Source: an uncultured delta proteobacterium (GTDB taxonomy: Bacteria; Desulfobacterota; Binatia; UBA9968). From it: a DNA stretch of 44,458 bases. Location of the stretch: assembly GCA_963847445.1 (NCBI GenBank), contig CAWJZV010000001.1, forward strand, positions 1-44,458, given 5' to 3'. The position numbers and the translations under genes were made by a program. The notes beneath the pieces were generated by a model, which worked only from the letters and a program-made list of their open reading frames with translations, was not told where the DNA came from and made no database searches. Below, one piece after another: positions 9,255 through 18,244 of this stretch. The stretch's first letter is position 1. Every line of letters begins with the position of its first letter.

Positions 9255-10499
9255 GTTTTTTCACCATGGCGTACAGCGCGCTGGCGACCAGCAACAGCGC
9301 CGCCGATGACCAGATCAATAATTCGTAGCTCTGAGTTCGATCGTAGACGAGGCCGGCAGCGACCGGGCCGATGACGCTGCCCCAGGTCGACACGAAGCTC
9401 ATCGAGCCGCGAATCTTGGCGAAATTCTTCCTGCCGAAATATTCTCCCACCGTCGACCAGTTGACTGGAAAGGTCGACTCCACCGTGCTGAACAAAGCGG
9501 TGAACAGCAGGATCGCCCATTCGGTTTGCACCACGCCCAGGAGAATCATCGAGGCTAGCGCTGACAGCATGCAGCCAGCCATCAACTTGGGCTTGTTGAC
9601 CTTGTCGCCGAGCCAGCCGAACAAGATATGCGACGGCAACGCCATAAACGCTTGAGCGGCCAAGAAGAACGCCGCGCGCTGTTCGCTCATGCCGGTCCAG
9701 ACCATCAGCGCAACGTAGTGAACGTTGACGGCGCTCAGAACGATGACGCGGATCGCCGTGGCCGCGGTGATAAACCAAAATGCCGAGGTGCGCAGGCTTC
9801 GCGCAGGGTGAAGTCGGCTTCTTCGGCAGCTTGGCGCTGTCCGCTATTGATCTCATGCAACACAGGCGGTAACGGATCGCCGTCCGGTTGCAGCCCCATG
9901 CTCTCCGGCGAGCGCCGCACGAGCAGAGCCAACGGCAGGCCGATGACAATAAAAGCGATACCGCAGGCAAACGCCGCCGGCCGCCAGCCGTAGGCATGCA
10001 CCGCCATCGACAGGAACGGCGTGAAGATAAACCCGCCGATGCCGATGGAGCCGCTGATCAGCGCCATCGCCATGGTGCGCTGGCGGATAAACCAGGTGTT
10101 GGCGATCAACATCGGCGCATCCATGAAGCCGGCGTGAAACGCCAGCGACACCACGCCCATGTAGACCAGCAGCAGCATGACGTAGCTGTTGACGCCGGCG
10201 AGCAGCATATGGCCGATGCCGGCGCAAAGAATCGCCAGGATCATCAACGGCCGCGGCCCATGGCGGTCCATGAAGTAGCCGGCGAACGGGCCTTCAAAAG
10301 CCCCCTGCGCGCGGGCGAGAGAAAAAACCAGGGAAGTCGAAGCACGGCTGAGGCCGAGGTCCTGGCTCAGCGGCAGAAAGAATACCGAGAAGCCGTAGAA
10401 ATATAATCCGCCGCCGAGCACGCGCAGCACCGCGCCGACGGCGACCATGCGCCAACCAAAATAGAGACCACCAATCCGATAGTAGAGCGAACGCAGCAA
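9229..10499 (-). CDS. MFS transporter (frameshift near 9790)
   Basis: YFGWRMV, FSVFFLPL, GYFMDRHGPR, GWLGDK, GEYFGRKNFAKIRG, GLVYDRTQSY; probable TTG start at 10499 after AAGGA. Confidence 0.87.
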
Positions 10500-10597
10500 A
10501 TGAATCCTTGATGAATTTAATATGCCGGAAGATCCCGTGCGGGATGACAAGCGAGAGGTTTCAAAGTAACTGAGCCAGTCGGCGAATTCAACAATGC

Positions 10598-11053
10598 GAG
10601 GAAAGGAAGAGAGAGAGGAGAGGAGAGGAGAAAGGGAACTGGCCGCAAATGACGCCAAGTTCGCAAAGGAAGACATCGGATCTGCAAATCCCTGTGGTTG
10701 ACCATCCGAGTAAATTGAAGCAAATGGGGCGCGTTCGAATTAAGATCCCGAACCATCGTTCGGCGTGACAGCTATCTCCGCGACAGGTTGTCATTTCGAC
10801 TGGAAGGAGAAATCTATTCGATTCCGAATTCCCCGCCGTCATTCCCGCGCACGCGGGGATCCAGGTTTATTCCCATGAATCGAAGATGGATTCCTGTTGT
10901 CACGGGAATGACCGAATGAGGCTGCGGCGCGATGCGGGATTTGGTGCGAAGAGAGAAGTAAAGGTTACGAAGGATTAGATGGGTTCACCAAGAAGAGCAC
11001 ATCTGTTGGAATAATTTTCCGAACTTCGTGCTCTTAGTGTACTTCGTGAGCGA
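10598..11053. repeat. Cluster of mixed repeats: purine tract, CGCAAAG unit, 27-bp YGTCAT repeat (10789-10815), CGTC doublet (10836-10912), CACGAAG-type foldback (10985-11053)
   Basis: Most units match copies elsewhere in the window; no credible ORF. Confidence 0.8.
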
Positions 11054-11067
11054 AAGATCTTTTCTGA

Positions 11068-11787
11068 CTACTTCCCCAGGCCGAACTCGCGCAGCACGCT
11101 TTCCAACGTGTCGAAGTCGGCTAACGTGCGCAGCGACGCGAAGGTCGGGAAGATCATCGGTAGCTCGCCGCGATTGCACAGCTGCAAGGCACGGTCGGGA
11201 GTGAGCCAGACGCTGTGGGCGACTTCGTAGGAAGTCGCCAGCGGCGTCTGGCCCGGCGGCAGAGCGGCGAGGAAAAAGCGCGTGTCGAAGCGCATGGCGA
11301 ACCGCGCCGGTGTCTGCCAGTAGGAGAAATGGCTCAAGCTACCGAGATCGCAGTAAAGCTGTTCTCCTTCCAACAGTGCAGTGAAGCTGAGGGTTTGGTT
11401 TGACAACTCGCCATGGCGCTCGGCCAAGCGCGCGGCGCGTTCTGGGGTCGTGGAGAGTTTCGCGCCGGACGGTTCGGCGGCGAGAAGCACGCCGACTTCC
11501 TCGAAGACTTCGCGCACAGCGGCGATCCACAGACCGATGGCTTCTTCCGGCGCAAAAGCGGCGCCGATGATTTGGCGCGCCTGTTTGGGCGTACGGCCCA
11601 CCGTCCGGGCGATCGCCGCCGCGCGGCAGTCTTGTTTGCTCACGGTGCCGCCGGGATAGCAGTACATGCCGCCTAAAAATGGCATGGCGTCGGGCCGGCG
11701 GGTGAGAAATACTTCGAAGCCGCGGACCTCGGCTGGACGCAGGAGAATCACGGTGGCGGCCTGTTTGGGTTTGCCCGGCTCGCTCAT
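11068..11787 (-). CDS. NUDIX hydrolase, NUDT19-like
   Basis: AATVILLR, YPGG, long insertion, AAVREVFEEVG, W-TP...RFDTRFF, MIFPT. Confidence 0.87.
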   Translation of the reverse strand: MSEPGKPKQAATVILLRPAEVRGFEVFLTRRPDAMPFLGGMYCYPGGTVSKQDCRAAAIARTVGRTPKQARQIIGAAFAPEEAIGLWIAAVREVFEEVGVLLAAEPSGAKLSTTPERAARLAERHGELSNQTLSFTALLEGEQLYCDLGSLSHFSYWQTPARFAMRFDTRFFLAALPPGQTPLATSYEVAHSVWLTPDRALQLCNRGELPMIFPTFASLRTLADFDTLESVLREFGLGK

Positions 11788-12561
11788 CGGATCGCCAAAC
11801 TCACCGGGCCGGTAAAACTGTTTTGACAAGGCGGGCCGGGACAGAAAAAAGTCTCGAAGCGCGAGCGCGCCGCTGCCAATGCGACCACGCTCGACGACAC
11901 CGTGCCAGTACTCTCGCGGTGCACGCAAATGGCGTCGCCGGGGTCGTTGGAGCCGTCACGCAACGTGTGATCGGCGAGCACGGCACGCTAGCTCGCTCAG
12001 CCAACTCTCCGGCTCGGCGCGAGCCGTCGGTATGCGATCTTTCAAATGGGCGAAGCGCGGATGGGCGCGATCGGCCTTGGCGGAGTTCAAATCGAGCTCC
12101 GCGGCGCTGCTGAAAACATGGAGGCCCGGTTCCAGCTGCCTGCTGACGATCTTGCTGTCGTGATTATTGTAAGCCACCCAGGCTGATTGACGGTCGGCGA
12201 AAACGACCGTGAAAGGATTGTAAGCGGTGCTGTGACCGGCGATGAACTGCACGCCCTCGGCGGCGCTTTTGCGCTGCAACAGGTCCATGCACAACAAGCC
12301 GCGCGAACGGGTCAACGTCGGTAGCAGTCCATCGCTTCCATTCTCATTTTGACGCCGATTCAAGATGCCGACCAACACGCCATATTCGTTGACACCCAAC
12401 CAGGTGCCGCCAACGCGCAGATCGCGCCCGGCAACGATGCGCGGATCGCCGGCTATCTCCGTCGGCGGCGCCGATGGCCGATCGAAGTGTTCGTCCCGAT
12501 TGGCCGCCACCAGCAGCGGCAAATCGGCAAAAACCTGTAGATAAAGCGCCAAGGTGCACAT
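11784..12561 (-). CDS. NRDE/TANGO2 family protein (frameshift near 11985)
   Basis: MCTL, VAANRDE, GRDLRVGGTWLGVN, SRGLL, YNPF; C-terminal ICVH...GTVSSS in ORF 11784-11981; ATGA overlap with the NUDIX start. Confidence 0.9.
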
Positions 12562-12611
12562 GATTCAATGATTTACCGAATGGCCGGCGCTTGTGCAAAC
12601 TTCGACCATTT

Positions 12612-12940
12612 CATGCACAACGAAGGACCTAGCGCGGCGAAGCCGCAACCGAAATCGGAATATCTCGCGCAAAGCACGCAAAGGGCGCAAAGGTAAGGGA
12701 GATATGTCATTTCGACCGAAGGGAGAAATCTTGCCGATACCCCTCGCATCCGATCGGGATGACCGGCCTCGGCCCGTCACTTTGCGATCTTGGCGTCCTT
12801 GGCGCGAGGAATATCCGAATCCGAAACGTCCTGGGCCAAGCAAATTTGCGCAAGCCGCGCTAATTTCGAACTTTAGCAATACGAAGAGCACGAAGTTCCG
12901 AGTGTTGATCATCCCCAACCTTCGTGCGCTTCGTGGTGCC
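12612..12940. repeat. Nested composite repeat: CGCAAAG foldback element containing a 27-bp YGTCAT repeat (12705-12731), followed by a CACGAAG foldback
   Basis: AGCCGCAACCGAAATCGGAATATCTCGCGCAAAG... / ...CTTTGCGATCTTGGCGTCCTTGGCGCGAG; related to 21640-21797. Confidence 0.8.
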
Positions 12941-13049
12941 CACCAACTTGGCTTTTTGCGGCAGGGAAAAGCTTTTAACGCTCGCTCTAAGCCTTGATTG
13001 TTGTTGAATATTGATTGTGTTAGCTTCGATAAATTCGGAAAGGGCAACC

Positions 13050-14006
13050 ATGTTTCAATCTGTTGACGAAGTGATCGCCGGACTGGCTACGCAGAAGTAT
13101 CTGTGCAACAAGAACGTCGCTACCGTGGTCTATCTGGGCACGTCGCTGCAGAAGCCGCTGTTGGTCGAGGGACCGGCGGGGGTAGGGAAGACCGAACTGG
13201 GCAAGGTGCTGGCGGACTCGCTGGGCATGGAGCTGATTCGCCTCCAGTGCTACGAAGGGCTCGACGAGGCTAAAGCCCTGTACGAATGGGAGTACGCCAA
13301 GCAGCTGCTCTACACCCAAATCTTGAAAGACAAGATCGGCGAGATCCTGGAGGGCGCCAAGACCTTACAGCAAGCGGTCGACCATGTCGCTAACCAGGAC
13401 GGCGTGTTTTACTCCGATCGCTTTCTCCTGCCGCGGCCATTGCTGCGCGCGGTCTTGTCGGAAAAGCCGGTGGTCCTGTTGATCGACGAGATCGATAAGT
13501 CGGACGCCGAGTTCGAGGCATTTTTGCTCGAAGTGTTGAGCGACTTTCAAATCACGGTGCCGGAGATCGGCACGCTCAAGGCCAAGCATATTCCGCTGGT
13601 GGTGCTGACCAGCAACAACAGCCGGGAAGTGTCCGACGCGCTCAAGCGCCGCTGTCTGCATTTATTTCTCGACTTCCCCGATCCTGAGCGTGAAAAAGAG
13701 ATCATCAAGCTCAAGGTGCCCAATGTCGGCGACAAGCTCGCCGATGAAGTAGTGCGCTTGCTGCACCGCCTGCGCAAGCTCGATTTAAAGAAGACACCGA
13801 GCATCAGCGAGAGCCTCGACTGGGTGCGCGCTTTGACATTGCTCAATATCAAAGACCTCGACAACGAACTGGTCGAGCAGACCATGTCGGCGCTGATGAA
13901 GTATGAAGCCGACATCCGCAAGGCGCACCAGGAACTCAAGAGTTATCTAGCTGAGAAGCAAGCCCGGCGTCCCGACGCCAGCAACGATAAGGATCATCTG
14001 CATTAG
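13050..14006 (+). CDS. MoxR-family AAA+ ATPase (CoxD-like)
   Basis: Walker A GPAGVGKT, RLQCYEGLD, LYEWEYAKQ, Walker B LLIDEIDK, DALKRRC. Confidence 0.93.
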   Translation: MFQSVDEVIAGLATQKYLCNKNVATVVYLGTSLQKPLLVEGPAGVGKTELGKVLADSLGMELIRLQCYEGLDEAKALYEWEYAKQLLYTQILKDKIGEILEGAKTLQQAVDHVANQDGVFYSDRFLLPRPLLRAVLSEKPVVLLIDEIDKSDAEFEAFLLEVLSDFQITVPEIGTLKAKHIPLVVLTSNNSREVSDALKRRCLHLFLDFPDPEREKEIIKLKVPNVGDKLADEVVRLLHRLRKLDLKKTPSISESLDWVRALTLLNIKDLDNELVEQTMSALMKYEADIRKAHQELKSYLAEKQARRPDASNDKDHLH

Positions 14007-14034
14007 CCGCTAGCGCGCGGCGTTCACCAAGACT

Positions 14035-15441
14035 ATGCAAGCGCGGGTTATCGAGTTCGCCAATGTTTTACGCCGCAACGGCATCCGTGTGTCGTTGTCG
14101 GAAAACATGGACGCGTTCCGCGCGCTGGAACTGATCGGCATCGCCGACCCGCAAATGTTTCGCAATGCCTTGCGCACCACTCTGATCAAGCGCACTAGCG
14201 ACCAGAAACCCTTCGACGAACTATTCGATTATTTTTTCCTGGGCATCGGCCAGGCCCTCGATGCCATTGACCGCAAGATCATGGAAGAGCTCGGGCTATC
14301 GCCGGAAAAGTTTCAGGAGATGCTCGAGCAGATCCAGAAACTCATGAAGGAGATGGAGGGGGATCTAGCCGATCTCACCAAGGCGCTGCTCAACAATAAC
14401 CGCGCCGAGCTTGAGCGTTTGCTGCGCCAAGCGATGCAGCAGGAGACTCAGGACGGCACGCCGGACAGCCTGCGCCACACGCCCTACACGCGCATGATGA
14501 TGCGCCTGGGGCTCGACCGGGTGCAGAGCGAGATCGAGCGCTTCCGCGGCATGCTGCAAATGCTCGGCGAGAATGGCGAGGATCTGCAAAACGTCTTGCG
14601 CTATTTAGACGAGCGCATGCGCGACTTGAACCGGCTGTTGCGCGAAGTGATCCAGCAGGAGCAGCGCAAACAGGGCGCTGAACCGCGGGATTACTCCCAG
14701 CGCAGCGCGCTGGCGGACAAGAGTTTTTCTTTCTACACCGAAGACGATATCCGGCGCATGAACGACGCCGTGGCGCGCCTGGCGCAGCGCTTGAAAAACC
14801 GCCTATCGGTGCGGCGCAAAAGAGCCGCCCGTGGCCGCTTCGACGTCAAAGCGACCTTGCGTAAAAACATGCAATACGGCGGCGTGCCGTTTCTGATTCA
14901 ACTCGACCGGCGCAAAAAGACCAAGCCGCAGGTGATGGTGCTGTGCGATATTTCCGACTCGGTGTTGAACGCCTCGCGCTTCATGTTGCAGTTCGTCTAT
15001 TCCATCCAGGATCTCTACGCCAAGGTGCGCAGCTTTGTCTTCGTCGCCGAGATCGGCGAGGTCACCAAGCTCTTCGAAGAACATGACATCCAGACTGCCG
15101 TCGAGACCGCTTTGAAAGGGGATGTCATCGACGTTTTCTCCCATTCGAACTTCGGCCGCGCCTTCGAGCAGTTTCACCGCAACTTTTTCGCCTCGATCAC
15201 CAGCAAGACCACCGTTTTGGTGATCGGCGACGGGCGCAACAATTACAACCGCCCCAACGAATGGGTGCTGCGCGAAGTCAAGCAAAAGGCCAAACAGTTG
15301 ATCTGGCTCAACCCGGAAAGCCGCATGACCTGGGGCATCGGCGACAGCGAGATGCCGCGCTACGCGCCCCATTGCCATATCGCCGAGGAGTGCCGCAGCA
15401 TCAATCAACTTTATAAGATCGTCGATTTGATCGCGCCCTAA
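14035..15441 (+). CDS. VWA domain protein (CoxE-like)
   Basis: FANVLRRNGI, MIDAS-like LCDISDS, VIGDGRNNY, IWLNPE, WGIGDSEM. Confidence 0.92.
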   Translation: MQARVIEFANVLRRNGIRVSLSENMDAFRALELIGIADPQMFRNALRTTLIKRTSDQKPFDELFDYFFLGIGQALDAIDRKIMEELGLSPEKFQEMLEQIQKLMKEMEGDLADLTKALLNNNRAELERLLRQAMQQETQDGTPDSLRHTPYTRMMMRLGLDRVQSEIERFRGMLQMLGENGEDLQNVLRYLDERMRDLNRLLREVIQQEQRKQGAEPRDYSQRSALADKSFSFYTEDDIRRMNDAVARLAQRLKNRLSVRRKRAARGRFDVKATLRKNMQYGGVPFLIQLDRRKKTKPQVMVLCDISDSVLNASRFMLQFVYSIQDLYAKVRSFVFVAEIGEVTKLFEEHDIQTAVETALKGDVIDVFSHSNFGRAFEQFHRNFFASITSKTTVLVIGDGRNNYNRPNEWVLREVKQKAKQLIWLNPESRMTWGIGDSEMPRYAPHCHIAEECRSINQLYKIVDLIAP

Positions 15442-15445
15442 CGTT

Positions 15446-16813
15446 ATGCCGAAAAAGCTTTTTATCCAGACCTACGGCTGCCAGATGAACCAATACGATT
15501 CGGAAAAAATCGCCCAGGTCCTGGCGCGCCGAGACTATGTCCGAACCGAGCGCATCGATGGCGCCGATGTGATCCTGCTCAACACTTGCAGCGTGCGCGA
15601 CAAGGCCGAACAAAAAGTTTACAGCGCGCTCGGTAGCTGGAAGGAATTCAAAAACTACCGCGACGGCGTAATCATCGGCGTCGGCGGTTGCGTCGCCCAA
15701 CAGGAAGGCGAAAATCTCTTAAAGCGCATCCCCCATTTAGATTTGGTTTTCGGCACCCACAACATTCATAAACTGCCGGAGATGATCGAGCAGGTGGAAA
15801 GCAGCCGGGCACGTCCGGTGGAGACCGCTTTCTACCGCGATCCGGCTTACATGGACGATGGCGAGCTGCGGACGCAAGTCGACGGCGTCAAGGCCTTTGT
15901 GACGATCATGCAAGGCTGCAACAAAGTGTGCAGCTTCTGTATCGTGCCCCATGTGCGCGGCCGCGAAGTGAGCCGGCCCAGCGCAAAAATTCTCGCTGAA
16001 ATAGAATCTCTGGCGCGCCACGGCGTCAAGGAAGTCATGCTGCTCGGCCAAAATGTCAATTCCTACGGCAAGCTCACGCCTGGCGAGCTGAGCTTTGCCG
16101 AGCTGCTCGCCCAGGTCGACCAGATCGCTGGCTTGCGACGCATTCGCTTTACCACTTCCCACCCGCAAGATTTGTCGCCCGAGCTGATCGAGGATTTCGC
16201 CACGTTGCAAAATTTATGCGAGCACCTGCATTTGCCGGTGCAGTCGGGTTCGGACACGGTCCTCGCGCGCATGCGCCGCGGTTATACCAAGGCGGAGTAT
16301 TTGGCCCGGCTCAATCGTCTGCGCCATCGTTGTCCGAAAGTGGCGCTGAGCACCGACATCATCGTCGGCTTTCCCGGCGAAACCAATGGCGAATTCGCCG
16401 AGACGCTAGAATTACTCCGCGCGGTGGAGTACGATGATATTTACTCGTTCACCTATTCGCCGCGGCCGCAAACCGTCTCCGCGAAAATTTATCCCGACGA
16501 TGTTCATGACGACGTGAAAAAAGAGCGTTTAAAAATCGTGCAAAAATTGCAGCGCGAAATATCTTTGGCGAAAAACCGCCAACGCATCGGCGACCGCGAA
16601 GAAGTTCTGGTCGAGGGAACGTCGAAACTAAAAGCCGAACAAATCATGGGCCGCACCCGCGCCAACCGTATCGTCAACCTCACCAGTTCTACCAGTTTGA
16701 TCGGTGAGTTCGTGCAAGTTCGGATTATCGGCGCCACCGCCAACTCATTGCTCGGCGAGTTGATGTGCGCTAATGCTGCATTAGAGTCCCAGCAAAAAGA
16801 GGATAGGCAATGA
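15446..16813 (+). CDS. miaB: tRNA-2-methylthio-N6-dimethylallyladenosine synthase MiaB
   Basis: TYGCQMN, NTCSVRDKAEQK, GCVAQQEG, CNKVCSFC radical-SAM motif, RFTTSHP, C-terminal TRAM domain. Confidence 0.95.
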   Translation: MPKKLFIQTYGCQMNQYDSEKIAQVLARRDYVRTERIDGADVILLNTCSVRDKAEQKVYSALGSWKEFKNYRDGVIIGVGGCVAQQEGENLLKRIPHLDLVFGTHNIHKLPEMIEQVESSRARPVETAFYRDPAYMDDGELRTQVDGVKAFVTIMQGCNKVCSFCIVPHVRGREVSRPSAKILAEIESLARHGVKEVMLLGQNVNSYGKLTPGELSFAELLAQVDQIAGLRRIRFTTSHPQDLSPELIEDFATLQNLCEHLHLPVQSGSDTVLARMRRGYTKAEYLARLNRLRHRCPKVALSTDIIVGFPGETNGEFAETLELLRAVEYDDIYSFTYSPRPQTVSAKIYPDDVHDDVKKERLKIVQKLQREISLAKNRQRIGDREEVLVEGTSKLKAEQIMGRTRANRIVNLTSSTSLIGEFVQVRIIGATANSLLGELMCANAALESQQKEDRQ

Positions 16814-17337
16814 GCAACAAATCAGAATGTATAGAGATGTCGGTCGGCGGTTTAACCCTCGACCCGGTGACCAAGACACCCATCGTGATCCTCAAAGACA
16901 GCGAAAACAAACTCAATCTGCCAATTTGGATTGGCCTCCTGGAGGCCACCGCCATGGCGACCGAGATTGAGGGCATAACCATGGCCCGGCCGATGACCCA
17001 CGATTTGCTCAAGACCTTATTGGGCGAGGTCGGCTGCTCGGTGCAGTCCATCGAGATCACCGAACTCAAAGAAAACACTTATTACGCGGCGATTAATCTA
17101 ACCCTGGCGGGCGGGCGCCCACTCATGCTTGACTCGCGCCCCAGCGATGCCATCGCATTGGCGCTACGCGCCAAATGTCCAATCTATGTCGCCAAGGCGG
17201 TGCTGGAAGCATCGAGCGTCTTGCAGCAGGACGAAACCAAAGACGTGCCGGTTGAGAACGTCTCCAACGTGTCCCAGGAAAAATGGGGCGAGATTCTCGA
17301 AAAAATGACGCCGGACGATTTCAAGTACAAGCAATAG
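16810..17337 (+). CDS. Bifunctional nuclease family protein (DUF151)
   Basis: LPIWIGLLEA, RPMTHDLL, DSRPSDAIALALR. Confidence 0.93.
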   Translation: MSNKSECIEMSVGGLTLDPVTKTPIVILKDSENKLNLPIWIGLLEATAMATEIEGITMARPMTHDLLKTLLGEVGCSVQSIEITELKENTYYAAINLTLAGGRPLMLDSRPSDAIALALRAKCPIYVAKAVLEASSVLQQDETKDVPVENVSNVSQEKWGEILEKMTPDDFKYKQ

Positions 17338-17410
17338 TTCAATTTTGCTAGCAAGCTAAATTGATAGTTCAAAAATTCTTGAAAAACCCTTGTAATCACA
17401 ATGCAATCCA

Positions 17411-18097
17411 ATGGCCACAACCCAAACTAGAAGAATCAGCCGTAAAGAACTGCGCCAGCCTGATCGCTTTCAAGTCGCCACTGAGAAGGCGCTGGAATAT
17501 ATCCAATCCCACAAGAATTTAGTCTTCGCTGTGATCGGCGTGCTAGTGCTGCTCGGTCTGGCAATCTTGGGCTGGCAGCTATTTAAGGAAAGGCAAAATG
17601 ACGCGGCGGCGCTGGAGTTCACCGACGCCACGGCGCTGTATCAAGCCGAGAAGTACCGCGAGGCGCTGACAGCCTTCGAAAAGGTTCAGTCATATCGCTG
17701 GTCGCGTTACGCCGGATTGGCCCATCTTTATCAAGCCAACAGCCATATAGCGTTGGGCGAACTCGACAAGGCGCTGAGTTCGGGTCAACGCGCGGTTACA
17801 GCGAGCCGGCCCAACACGCTGTATCGCCAACTAGCTCTGATGACCTTGGCCAACGCCGCGGAGCAAAAGAACGACTGTCGCCAAGCTATCGAGTCTTACG
17901 ACGAAGCGCGGAAAATCATCGCGGCTCAGCAAAGTGAAGCATTACTCGGTAAGGCGCGTTGCCTGGAAAAGACCGGCGATGCAAACGGCGCCTTGGCGGC
18001 CTATAAGGAATATGTAAAAGACCAGCCGGGTTCGATGGCGAGTGCTAAAGTTGCCGAGCTTGAGGGTAAGATCTCGGCGGCGCCGGTGGCGAAATAG
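17411..18097 (+). CDS. Membrane-anchored tetratricopeptide repeat protein (YfgM-like)
   Basis: RKELRQPD N-terminus, one TM helix, Ala/Tyr-patterned TPR helices. Confidence 0.8.
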   Translation: MATTQTRRISRKELRQPDRFQVATEKALEYIQSHKNLVFAVIGVLVLLGLAILGWQLFKERQNDAAALEFTDATALYQAEKYREALTAFEKVQSYRWSRYAGLAHLYQANSHIALGELDKALSSGQRAVTASRPNTLYRQLALMTLANAAEQKNDCRQAIESYDEARKIIAAQQSEALLGKARCLEKTGDANGALAAYKEYVKDQPGSMASAKVAELEGKISAAPVAK

Positions 18098-18106
18098 TAG
18101 AATTAA

Positions 18107-18134
18107 GAGTCTGATAAGATATATTATGTAAACT
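18107..18134 (+). other. dif-like chromosome dimer resolution site (XerC/XerD)
   Basis: GAGTCTGATAA-GATATA-TTATGTAAACT: 11-6-11 layout with ATAA-N6-TTAT core; right arm identical to the B. subtilis dif arm; AT-rich and intergenic. Confidence 0.85.
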
Positions 18135-18244
18135 TTGATCGGAAAGGTGCTTCGGTTTCTACTGGTCCCCTGGGGTCGCGGCACTCCCCTCCAAAGCAAA
18201 ACTGCACTCCCCCTCCCCGCTGAACTCTGATATCGACCGCTGCC

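Noticed and set aside
12565-13047. ORFs of 134-160 aa across the NRDE-MoxR spacer
   Set aside because: They translate repeat arms (RKARKGRK, LRALR, FVLFV) and have no domain features.
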